Shown piece by piece: positions 13,751-26,334 of a stretch of DNA of 64,000 bases. The notes under the pieces were generated by a model. The model ran no database searches, was not told the origin of the DNA, and saw nothing but the letters and a program-made list of their open reading frames with translations. Source of the DNA: Lama guanicoe (lineage: Eukaryota); contig MU053873.1 of the NCBI GenBank assembly GCA_013239625.1, positions 324,524 through 388,523 on the forward strand, written 5' to 3'. The position numbers and the translations under genes were made by a program. The first letter of the stretch is position 1. Every line of letters starts with the position of its first letter.

Positions 13751-16299
13751 AGGGCAAAGTTGTATCTGCCTAGCTCATTTTTCATTTTTTAAGTTTTTTT
13801 AAGGTACAATTCAATGGGCTTTAGTATATTCATGAAGTTTTGTAACCATTGCTACTATCTAATTTCAGAAGATTTTCATTACCCCAAAAGAAATTAGCAA
13901 TCATGCCCCATTTTCCCATCCCTTGACCCCTTACAACCACTAATCTACTTTTCATCTCTATGGATTTGCCTATTCTGGACGTTTCATATAAGTGGAATCA
14001 TATATAAACTTTTGTGTCTAGTTTAGCTCATTCTTGAATCCTCGGCTGGAACACAGTAGGTGCTCAATAAATGTCTGCGGAGTCAATAGAGAAGTGCTAC
14101 AGAAACAAGAAAGAATTAAGGGTCTAGAAAAGAATTATAGAATTTTAGAAGTAGAAGGAACTTCAAATGTCATCTAGTCTGAACATCTAATTCTCTACAT
14201 GAGATAATCAAGGTCCAGAGAAATCAATTGACTTACCCAAGGTCAATCAACCCCTTAGAGGCAGAACCGAGAATAAAAATCAAGAATTTTGAGTCACAAT
14301 GTGTGGGTTTTTCCACAATGACGCTCCACAATGAAATTCCCCTTTGCTTTCATTCCATCTAAAATGATGTACTACCAGCATCTTGCTCGCTGTTAGGCTT
14401 GCTTGCTTTATTTCTAAACATGGTAGTGTCTTTCTTTGGTGCTATACAATGAGCTGGCTTCGGGAAGGCAAAAATGATCTAAATAATTGTTTTAAATAGC
14501 CAGACTCCTTTCAACCTCTAACTATTCTGTTGCTATTGTTGTTTTCCCTTTGAACAGTTGTTTGTAGAAGTCTCCTATTCAAGTACAAACTCTGCTTAAT
14601 TTTGAAAGCTCACAAGCTGACAGCCCCAGGAGGTATGACTCCACAGATCATGCACTCTCAGAAAATTACTGATTTTTTTATCACCTTGTTCTGGGTCATT
14701 ATCTAAATACTTATGAGAGATTTCATAACTATGGGTTTTAAGAACAGAACTCTAACTTTCAAATGTCTTTCACTTATATATTTGCTTGCATATTGGATCT
14801 ACAAGCATCTGAAACTTTACAGAGCATCAGTACCATTCACTTTTATGCTTAATATGTTTACTCTGTGACAAGGATTATGATCTCCGTAAGAAAGAGGCAA
14901 ATCTGTGTTCTCTCAGTTAAAGACTCACTCTGTGCTCACCTCTTGACCTACATCGCAACTGCCCTATTTAAAGTGGTGGCACAATGACTATTTTACCATT
15001 TTATGTGTGAATCCAAGATTCAGATGAAGATTGACCAGCTGTTGTTTAGTTTCTGAAGGCCTAAGCCATCGAGTTTTTTTTTGGGGGGGGGCATTCTGAG
15101 TGACATAAGAAATGAAAGTTTCATTACATTTGTCCAAAGACAATAATAGTTGATTTCCTAATGCTGTCTACCCAACTTTCTCAATCTTCCAAAACTATTT
15201 TTTAAGCAAGAAAATCCCTTTTCTACCAAATGAATAATATCCAATAGCTGGATTTTAAGATGCAGCTAGATGACCTTCCTTATACATATGTCGTGTGTAT
15301 GACATGAAGGATGGCCTTACTCAAAGGAAGCACATGTTAACATAAATGGGCCCACATCATAGAGTTGGAAGGGAGAGGAGACATCCTCTACAACTAATTC
15401 AATCCCTTCATTTAAAGAAAAGGAAAGTCAGTTCAGGGGAGGAAGGATAGTCTTTTTAACAAATAGTGCTGGAACAATAGGACATCCTTACATAGAAAAA
15501 ATCCCAAAACCCTCAGCCTAAACCTGACACCACATACAAATATTAATTCAAAATGGATCATAGATTTAAATGTAAAATATAAAGCTATAAAGAAGAGGCA
15601 AGTCCAGCAAAGGGACGTGGTTTGCCAAAGGTCATCTTGTTATTCAGAGGTTTCCCAGAGTTTGCTTCCATACATTATTATTCACCACTTTAACAAATCC
15701 CATTTGGTCCTGTTAATTCCCCTACTCCGTGCTCACTCAGGGTAAATGGTTTCCACTATATTAGCTGGGTATTTATTCATGCTCTTTTGGGTTTTTTAAT
15801 ATCTTCTTCATGCTACTTCAGTTATTCATTCATTCAGCATTTACTAGGCAACAATGTGCCAGTCGTCGTCGTGTAGGCTTACAAAGATGTAAAATACTGT
15901 TCCCATCTCAAGAGATTTATGGCCCAATGGGGGAGAAACTATTGTCCTAATTAGATTAAAACTGCTTTACGGGCAAGAACCATACTTCTTCATTTTCACT
16001 GGCCAAGAACATGATGTACTGCACACCGCGTCCAGTACTCTGCACAATTGAACACATTTTAGTAATTGGCTAATCTTGAGTTCCAAGACATTGTCTCCCC
16101 TGCCCAGTTTGGGGAACTAAAGTGCACAGAGATTAAATGGCAAACCCTGAGTAAGGTGAAAGAGGAGGTGAGGCCATCCCATGGGGATTCATCCCGCCCC
16201 CTCCAGCCTTGATCTGCGCCAGCCGCTGATTCTGACAGAGCACCTCAAAGGCTGGAGAAAACCTGACCTAGAAGATAACCCCCCAAAGCTCCCATCCAA

Positions 16300-17200
16300 C
16301 TCATGGCAGAACACAGACGTCGGCCTGACCGAGCGCTTGGCGGCCAGTTACCGCTGCCGCGTCCTCGTCAGGTCTGATTCCTTCTTTTCCACCAAAATCT
16401 CAATTTAAAAGCTACCTAGATAGTAAGAATCTGGGTGTTCCCGGAACAGTTCTCTCCACGTTTTTCCTCCCGGTAAATGGGAAATTTTTCATCGTCAAGC
16501 CTTGAGGGGATGTTACCTAGAGGCGCCCCCTGTCCTTCCCCTCGGATCCAGGCTTCCCGCTACTCCTCAGAATACTTCAGGCCTCAGCGAAATACTTTCA
16601 AATCAAACTTGAAGCCTCGAGTAAAAAGAAACGAAAAGGAAAAAAATAATAATAATAACATAAAACAAGAGGACAGCACTCAGCGCCCTTTTTCTCTGGA
16701 TTGCTTGCGTGTGGACAGCCCTCACCTCAGCGGGTCGACGGCTCCCTGTGAGGGGGACTCAACGGCTTTTTCTGGCCCAAACGCCTCTCGGGCTTATAAA
16801 TAATCAACGAGTCCTTCCTGGGCGGGGCGAGACGTTTTCTCATGAATAATTCATTACCTCTCACGCTTGCTTGGGCGGCCCGCCCCTCTCGGCCTTACGA
16901 ATATGCAAAAAGCGGGAGCCGGCGGCTAACAGTCCCCTGGCGAGCCCCGCCCCCTCGGCGACGTCCATCTGACCTCCGGCAGCCGGCGCGGCGTCTTTGC
17001 GGCCGCGTTTCCCGCCCTTCCGAGAGCTCACCCGGAGCTCCCGGACATGAGGGACCCGCGCTGAGCTCGTGGCACCGCACGCGGGCCCTGAAGGCGCCTT
17101 TGGCTCGGGGCCGCCCCGCCTGAGCAACCCGTATGTCGAACACAGTCAGCTGCCGGGCTTTGTGAGCGGACGCCTGCCCGCTGAGGTAAAACACACCCAC
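16300..17200. promoter_or_regulatory. CpG island: HORMAD2 promoter and non-coding first exon(s)
   Basis: Abrupt CpG/GC-rich segment in AT-rich DNA, about 6.5 kb upstream of the ATG exon. Contains GC boxes (GGGCGGGG), an E2F-type TTTCCCGCC at 17008-17016, and minus-strand donors GAG|gtgagg (intron from 16725) and GAG|gtaatg (intron from 16857). Confidence 0.8.
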
Positions 17201-20200
17201 AATTATTCTTTCATTAGAACCCTATTTCCTTCACAGAACTTATCACAATCTGGATTTATTTCTTAACCTCTTTTTCTTTCTTCATCATCTGGAATGCAGG
17301 TTAGCATCATTAGAGGCCTGATCTGTGTGGGTCACCTCAAGATCCCCAGTGCCCAGCACACAGTAATCATTCAATAAACTTGGTGGCCTGAAATAATAAA
17401 TGACCGTCTCTTCCTCCTAAGAGCTTCTGTGGAGTTTCTCCACCCTTTTCCATCCTCATTCCCTGCTGGGCTCCTTTGTGAATTTTGTTTAGATCTTGGA
17501 TGGGTAAATGAGCTGTGGGTGAAGCCTTCACTTTTCCTACTGACTGGTCCACTCTTTGAGGGCAGAAGCTGTCTTTTATTATATTCATTGAAGGTATTAA
17601 TATAGTTGGATGAACTAATTTATGCCTTAAGAGACAATTAAAAATTGATCGCACTACAAGGGGGTTTTAGAAATTATCAAAGCACTTTACAGATGAGAGT
17701 TTAGGTAATTTGTTCAGGGTCCCAGGCTTGTTAAGAGACCAAGTCACAAGTACAGTCCATGGTCTGACACCTCTCATTTCAAGGCTCTTTCTTCTCTCCA
17801 GCCAGTCTAGTTTCTGATTACTTTTCTGTGAACCTGACTTACAGCTCAGACACAAAAATCCCAAACCCAAGACTTGCTTCTTGTCAACTAAAAGCTTTTG
17901 AGCTTGTTCTTCATCTTTCAATTAAATCTAGCCCTGGGGATGATGGCCAAAAAACTCAAAAGTGCTATATAGTATTCAAACAATTTTCCATCTTCTTCTG
18001 TACCTTTCAGTGCTAAGAGATTGGAAATTGTTCCTGTCAAAGTAAAAGTATCTTGTTTGTTTTGGAAGGAAAAAATATACATTGTGGGAGAAATCAATCA
18101 TTGTTTAGAGATTTCCAAATAACCACTTATTAAAAGTTTTGCCAAATCCTGAATCCCGTAGTAAAATAACATGTGAAACAGATGAAAATGGGCAGGGAGA
18201 GATCTTATTTGAGATGACTTTCATTACCTAAATTTGACCTTTCTCTCTTTAGACACATGTTTCCTTTAACTCTGTGTTCCTGAGACATTTGTCCCTCCTC
18301 AGTAGTCGGTCTCTAGTTAGACCCGTGCTTTTTGAGAATTAAAGACCATTCTTCCTTCTCAGTTAATGGAAATTCAGGATTCCTTCTTTCCTCTTCTTGA
18401 TCATTTTATATAGACAGTACCTGGTTAATAGAGTCTTGTGGAGTCATGCTCTCGGCTTTTAGAATTTTGGAGTTTTTCCTGAGATGTCTGACAACACGCT
18501 GCATCACAGGAAGCAGATATACCTTTTGTCTGACTGACTGAAACTGTCCTCAAGTTGAGTTTACCCCTGGAAATCTTCTTCTAAAGATGGTTTACTTGAA
18601 GGTTATCAAAGTAGACACTGAATATAAAATTCCCAGGAAGACATCTCTAAATCTTTCTCCCTGTTCAGTGCATGCAATCATGATATCAAATACAGAGGAA
18701 AGAGACTGGGGTGAAGGGAGCAACTACTCTTAACATCATCGTAACTTATAGTCATCATAAACCTGACACTACCACATTTATTCATTCACCAAACATTTAT
18801 TTTGCACCTGCCATTTATAAAGCACTCTGCTTGGCATTGTGGGGACCAGATATAATAACTTGGTCTCTGAGCTGTGAAAGTTTACAGTTTAGTAAGTGGG
18901 GGAAGACCTGTAAACACATTACTCACATAGAAAATAGTTTGCAAATATTAATGGAGATATAAATTATATAATAGAGTGTAGAGGATGAAGCTGTACATTC
19001 TGAAATCAAGACAGCTTCACAAAGGTGGCATTTTAGAAGGAGAACATATGTATATAATTTCCTTTGTTCATTTTTGGGCAGTCGTTAGGCCACTTCAAAT
19101 CAATAAAAGCAGACATTTTGCCCACCACTTTAGAACTAGGAAAGAAAAGATGTAAGAGATCCTGACTCCTGTTAGCAACAAGCTTCTGAAAGCTAAATAT
19201 TGCCTTTGCAATCCCAGGTGCTTCACTCATGATTGAGAGTGCCAGCTGCATTATTTCAAGCCCTCTCATTTCTGCATTAGGGTGTTATTTTATCCTCATC
19301 TCCATTAGGGCATACAGTAGCCATGGGACTTTTTTTTTTTTTTGGTCACTGGTGTTTATATATGTGTTTATGAATGTGACTCTGGAATCCTAGAACTTTA
19401 AGTATCGCTGAGAAGAAAAGAGGCAAATGACTGAAGTTTAGAATCAAGCCTCTGTGTGTAAATTAGCTGTATTGCCTTACTTAATTAGAGTAATTTTTAG
19501 AGAGAAAGACAAAGAATTGCCAACTTGGCTTTAAGCTTTTGAACTGGATTCATTCTTTGGCAGCCAAAGAGAAGCCAGTCAATATGCAAGAAGCCTCAAC
19601 TATAAGGACTAAACATGTGCTCCCACTGCTTCTGCCCATACGCTGTCAGTCAACAAAATATAATTCCATGTGTAGGTGACAGTTTATTATGGTGTTCATG
19701 CCCACTCAAGGGTTGCATATCAATTTCTGCATCCTTTGAACTGATCTTTTCTAACTGGCAGAAGAATTCCATGTGGATTGTGTTTCTAGCGAAAGCCTAG
19801 GGTTTAATGAATTGGAACAGGAAATGACAAGGGCTGTAAATGATAGGCTGCTGCCTGTTTGAGTGCCCCAACTAAGAAATGATGTCAGGGAAAGTACTGA
19901 ACTCTCAAACAGTATCGAAATGTTCTCTTTGGCTACTTGGCTCTGTTTTCTGCTGACTATGAAGTTTTGTTGATGTGTAAAATGACATTATTCCTCTTAA
20001 TATTTATCATTTAATAGAAAGGTTTCGAATAAAGTAGATTTTAAACTGGCTTTCTATGATTGCTACTTGGTACATCTGCAGACATCTGAGAAGAAGTGAT
20101 ATTCAAAATTTGCCACACCACGGACAACCCATATTTTGAGGCCATTTACTTTCTACATATTTTGATGCTTGGAAAATGACAGTTACCAAAAATGGTTTAG

Positions 20201-21420
20201 AACTCCCATGAGAACACAGTCCAGGCTCAGCCCCAGGAGAGACTTTTTTTCCCCTTCTTTTAGTTTATACTAACCCAGTGATAAATTAAATGTATAAGTA
20301 CTGACAACTTTTGACTGAGACGATCCCTAGTTTAAGACTCAGAATACTTACGATCTTAACATGAACTGAATATAGTAATACAAGACATCTGAGGCGGGGT
20401 TTTCTAACATTTCTCCCCATTAAACAAACAAAAAGCAGTTCCTTCCTGCTAAGAGAAACGTTAAACAACTGGAAAATAAGACATTATAGGAAAATTACCT
20501 ACATAGCTTTAAAAATGAAAGGGAAAAAGAATTGCAAGAAGACGTCATTTAGAGTTTTGCTATAACTTACACATAGGAAAGCTACCCCAGAAAGCCAGAT
20601 TTCTGTGAAAGTCATATTCTCAAATGGGCCAGGGGCTGTGTTAACCTTGGTCACATCAATGCGTAGCACAGAAAGGTTTTTCACTGTAGTGAGAGGCATT
20701 GGGAGAATCCAAAATGTGAGCTCATCAGTAACCTGTGGACAACCCCCCACAACCTTTATTTGTTGCAAAGTGACTAGACATAAGGCATGCTCAATAAGCA
20801 CATGCTGAATGAGTTCATATATGATGTTGGAAGAATCCCAAATATCCAAGCGATTAACTGGAATGTGTTCAAGTTTTGCATAATGGGTTGATCTTTGAAA
20901 AGATGCATTGCAAATTTCCTATTTCTGTCCATCATATTGTTTTTCCATTTATCCTAATTTGAAGCCATTATCTTTCTGTGTGTTAACTTTTTATTCAAGT
21001 ATAGTACACATACAGAAAACCATCTTCTTTTTTTTAAATTGAGGCATAGTTGATTTATAATATTAGTTCCAGGTGTACAACATACTGATTCAAATTTTTA
21101 TAGATTATGCTCCATTAAGTTATTATAATATTGGCTATATTCCCCTTGCTATACAACATATCCTTGCAACTTATTCATCTTATACACAGTAGTTTGTACC
21201 TCTTAATCTCCTACCTTCCCTCTTTCCATTGTAACCACTAGTTCTCTAAATCTGAGTCTCTTTCTGTTTTGCATATACATTCATTTGTATTATTTTTTAG
21301 ATTCCACATGTAAGTGTTATCAAACAGTATTTGTCTTTTTCTGTCTGACTTATTTCACTAAACATAATTCCCTCCAGGTCCATCTGTATTATTACAATGG
21401 GCAAATGAGTAATGTTCCAC

Positions 21421-21446
21421 TGTGTGTGTGTGTGTGTGTGTGTGTG
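21421..21446 (+). repeat. (TG)13 microsatellite
   Basis: Read directly from the sequence. Confidence 0.95.
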
Positions 21447-22135
21447 TACATATGCACGCACACACTGTATCTTCTTTATCCATTCATCTATTGATGAACG
21501 TGTAGATTGCTTCCATGTCTTGGCTATTGTAAAAAAAAAAATGCTGCTGTGAACATTGGGGTGCATGTATCTTTTTGAATTAGTGTTTTCATTTTCTTTG
21601 TTGTTGTTTTATTTTTTGAGGATTACATGAGAGTGTTTATAATGTAGTAGTATAAATAAGTAATGTAGTAAGTAGCTTACAGTAGTGACTGGCATATAAT
21701 AAAGGTTCAGTTAATAGTTTTTATTATTATAAGACACACTCAAGAGACCAAGTGGAAGGAAGGGCTCATTTCATTCTGAACCCCCTTTGGTGGTACACTT
21801 TCCTTTCTTTTTTTTTTTAAACTATTTTTTATTGAGCAATAGTCATTTTACAATGTTGTGTCAAATTCCAGTTTAGAGCACAATTTTTCAGTTATACATG
21901 AACATAGGTATATTCATTGTCACCTGTCACATTTTTTTTTCTCCATATCCTTGCCAGCTTTTGTTATTTTGGTCTTTTTGATGGTAGCCTTTCTGACAGG
22001 TGTGAGATGATATCTCATTGTGGCTTTATTTGCATTACTCTGAAGATTAGGGATGTTGAGCATCTTTTCATGTGCCCGTTGGTCATCTGTATGTCTTCTT
22101 TAGAAAAGTGTCTATTCGAGTCTTCTGCCCATTTT

Positions 22136-22283
22136 TTAAAAAAAATTATTATTGTATTATTTTATTATTTTATTTGGGGGGAGGTAATTAGGTTTATTTA
22201 TTTTTAGAGGAGGTACTGGGGATTGAACCCAGGACCTCATGCCTTCTAAGCATGCACTCTACCACTTGAGCTATACCCTCCCC
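22136..22283 (-). mobile_element. tRNA-Ala-derived SINE (vic-1 type) inserted in L1
   Basis: Reverse complement of the 6270 element; TSD TTCTGCCCATTTT at 22123-22135 and 22290-22302. Confidence 0.88.
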
Positions 22284-24754
22284 ACTTCTTTCTGCCCATT
22301 TTACATTTTTTAAAATTTAGTTGTACCAGCTGTTTATATATTTTGCATATTAACCCCTCATTGGTCATGTCATTTGCAAATATTTTCTCCCATTCAGTAG
22401 GTTGTCTTTTCGTTTTGCCAGTGGTTTCCTTTGCTGTGCAAAAGCTTTTAAGTTTAATTAGATCCTATTTGCTCAGTTTTGCTTTTGTTTCTTTTGCCTT
22501 AAGAAACAGATCCCAAAAAAACTTGCTACAATTTATGCCGAAGAGTGTTCTGCCTATGTTTGCTTCTAGGAGTTTCATGGTTTCTGGTCTTACAGTTAGG
22601 TCTTCATTCCACTTTGAGTTTATTTTTCTATATGGTGTGAGAAAATGTTCTAATTTGATTCATTTGTGTGTAGCTGTCCAGTTTTCCCAGCACCATTTAT
22701 TGAAGAGACTGCCTATTTTCCCATTGTATATTCTTGCCTCCTTGGTTATAGATTAATTGACCATAAGTGTGTTGGTTTATTTCTAGGCTCTATTCTGTTC
22801 CATTGATCTATGTGTTTGTTTTTGTGCCAGTACCATAGTGTTTTGATCATTGTAGCTTTGTTGTGTAGTCTGAAGTTATGGAAGATGATACCTCCAGTTC
22901 TGTTGTTCTTCCTCAAGATGACTTTGGCTACTTGAGATCTTTGTATTTCTATACAAACTTTAGAATTATTTGTTATAGTTCTGTGAAAAATGCCATTGGT
23001 ATTTTGATAGAAATTACACTGAATCTGTAGATTGCCTGGAAACTATGGCCATTTTAACAATATTAATTCTTCCAGTCCATAAACACTGTATATCTTTCCA
23101 TCTGTGTGTGTCGTCTTCCATTTCTTTCATCGGTGTCTTACAATTTTCCAAGTACAGGTCCTTTATCTAATTAGTTAGATTTACCCCTAGGTATTTTATT
23201 CTTTTCAATGCAATGGTAAGTGGGATTGTTTTCTTTTTTCTTCACCTAAAATGATTTCTGCTAGCCTTTATTTGAGAAAATTTACACAAAAATCCCCAAT
23301 CCAATACTTACAAGTGAATCTGTATAAATCCCACATGCTTCTTTCCATTAAACAGAAAAATGGCTTATGACAGGGGTTTATGACAACAGATCAACGGATA
23401 ACAAAGCTTACTTAAACTGTATTATTCTCATCAATAATTTACAGACTGTTGAGTAACCAGGTCAAAAATGGAGGAACGCACATAACATCCTTTTTTTAAA
23501 AGCTGATTTGCTCTTGCACTAGTCTTTTACCAAAAGCAAAATTTTTACTTTTTAGATAAAATCCAGGTATAATGTCAATGAACTTTAACTCTAAAGCATA
23601 AATGTCCAAGTTGGTAGTTTTGGCATGAGTAAAAGGAAAGGACATGAAAGAACTTCAGTTTCATGAAGTCATATTTGGGAATAAAACATCAGCAAAATAA
23701 AATATTCTCCTCTCCTATCTTCTTCCCAGACATTTTGTCAGAACAGAAGACTAACCAACTGAATAGCTTTCATTGCTTCTAAAAGGGAGAAAGGTACCAG
23801 TCAGAAATATGAAAGAGTATCTTGTTAGGCTAATGGTACAGAACAGAATTTCACCTTTAAGCATCTAGGGATGGATCTTTACTCACAAATTTGGTTATTT
23901 TCTTTCCTGCTTGGATGTATCCTCTGTCATTCAGTATATGTAATACCACAGATAGACTTTCTCAACATCTGCTGCCTTTATGATGAGGATTCAGCTGTCA
24001 GGGTCTCAGAAGCAGTACCTGTCAATTCTTAACAGCAGATGGCAATGTTGCACAAATTAATGAAAACCACTTTTATGCCACACCAGAGAAATTCATACAG
24101 GGAGTCAAAGGAAGGGTGGAAAAAAGGCTTTGGGGTTCACAGTAGCTGGAACATTTAAGAGAAGAGCCTGAGCTTTTAACAACATAACTTACTCCCTCTT
24201 CCCTCTTTGTACTTTATCCAGGTCATCACAGCAGCATTCTCTTAATTCCAATATGCTGCTTCTTAACTACAAGCTACAGGGCCCCTAAAGCCTGTAATTC
24301 CTGCCATTGCTATTAGACAAGCCCTGTAATAGTCGGTAGGGGTTAAAAAAGAGATTACAGGAAGGACAGACTCCTACCCACTTTACTGGAAGAAATGGGG
24401 AAATTTTCAAGTGATAGTGTTTTTCACAATTGTTTATGAACGTGGTCATGTGTGTCCACACTTTCTCTTATTTACATTAGTGTTGGCCTTTAGGCACCTC
24501 ATATTCCCATAGTGATTCTTGGCTTTGCTTTCACAACATATATCGTCGAGTATTTACTCTATTCATGATCCTCCCAGGTGTGTTATTTTTAAATAACTCG
24601 TATGTCTTCATTTTCTAGGTGGAACACATAAGAACAGAAATTAAATGGAACACATAAGAACAGAAATTAAGTCAGTGACTTGCCATGTAAGAAGACGTGG
24701 TAAATTTTACTTATTTTTTTCCTTTGTAGAAGTCAGGTTAAAAATTTCAGCAGC

Positions 24755-25695
24755 CACATAACTGGCAAAGGACTTGTATCTAGGATGTGAAAGGAACTCT
24801 CAAAACTCAATAGTGTAAACCAACTATACTTCAATTTAAAAAAACCTCAATAGTAAAAAGAACACACAATCTAATTATAAAATGGGCAAAGGACATGAAC
24901 AGCTATCTCACTGAGGAAGACAGATGACAAATAAACACATGAAAAAGATGTTCAACATCATCAGCTATTAGGAAAATGCAAATTAAAACCACAGTGAAGT
25001 ATCATTACATATGCCTATCAGAATGACTAAAACATAAAAAATAATAGCAAATACTGGTGAGGATGTGGAGAAACTGGATTGATCACACATTGCTGGTGGG
25101 AATATAAAATGGGTAGTTACTCTGGAAAAAGAGCAGGACAGTTTCCTACAAAAATAAACTGTTTTCCATACAACCCAGCAACTCATCTCTTGGGCATTTA
25201 TCCCAGAGAAATAAAAATTTATGTTCACATAAAAAAACCTGTACATGAATGTTCACAGCAGCTTTATTAGTAATGGCCGAAAACTGAAAACAACCCCAAT
25301 GTCTTTCAATGGGTGAATGGTTAAACAAACTTGTGGTATATCCACACTATGAAATATTACTGAACAATAAAGTGGAACAAACTGGTGGAATATGCAACAA
25401 CTTGGATGGATTTCAAGGGCATTATGCTGAGTGAAAAAAGTCAATCTCAAAAGGTTACATACTATATTATTCCATTTATATAACACTCTTAAAATGACAA
25501 AATTAGAGAGATGGAGAACAGATTAGTGGTTGTCAGAGTCTGGGGCTTGGGGGTAAGGAAGGAGGTGACTGTAGCTATAAAAGGGTAGCACAAGGGATCC
25601 ATGTGGTGGAACGGCTCTGCATCTTGTGTTGGTAGTCACATGAATCTATACGTGATAAAACTGCTGGAACTAAACACACATAAATGCACAAAAAG
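24755..25695 (+). mobile_element. Old L1MC-like 3' fragment inside the TMED10 retrocopy 3'UTR
   Basis: 'aatgggcaaaggacatgaacag...ggaaaatgcaaattaaaaccaca...aaaggttacatactatattattccatttata'. Confidence 0.8.
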
Positions 25696-26334
25696 AAAAA
25701 AGTTCAAGCAACTGAGCACAAATATTTTAGTTCTCTAAAATGAAATTTGCTTTAAGAGTTATCTACACTTCAGAGCTCATTTGTATGAGGTGTCACATCC
25801 ATCGCCCTTTTAAGAGACACAAACTTATGAAAGGGTATCACCGGAAGCTACCTAAACATTTCAGCTAAGAATCAAGAGAAAGTTAAGGGTGTTCTCACAC
25901 AGAAATTCAAATAGGACAATCTGAATGAAACAAGTTCAACACGGTCATACAAATCTTGGTAAAGGAACTAGAGTGGAAGCCCAATCTGATGAGCAAGTGG
26001 GAGAAGGAAAGAAAACATCATTCAAACAGATCATACGAGGAAACCCAGTCCAAATGCTGGCTTTGGCATTTGGGTAACCCCTATTTTTTGTCATAGGTGA
26101 CTCTAATAATAGTCTTATTGTCAAAACCAGTCCAAATCCTACCAAGTTAAAAAGAAGTCCCTCTTCGGCTTGTTGGGTGTAGGTGGTAACCGATGTCCTC
26201 CCACACCAAGAGAGATCAGTTCTGGCAGGAAAGCTCCAACGTGCCATGATGGTGCTGTTGGTAGGCTGCTTCAGGTAGGCACGTCCCAGCGACGTTCTGC
26301 TGGCTAAGATACAAGGTGAGGAGACTGGGCTTTA

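Noticed and set aside
16477..17266. Several overlapping Arg/Pro/Ala-rich ORFs
   Set aside because: Expected stop-codon depletion in a CpG island.
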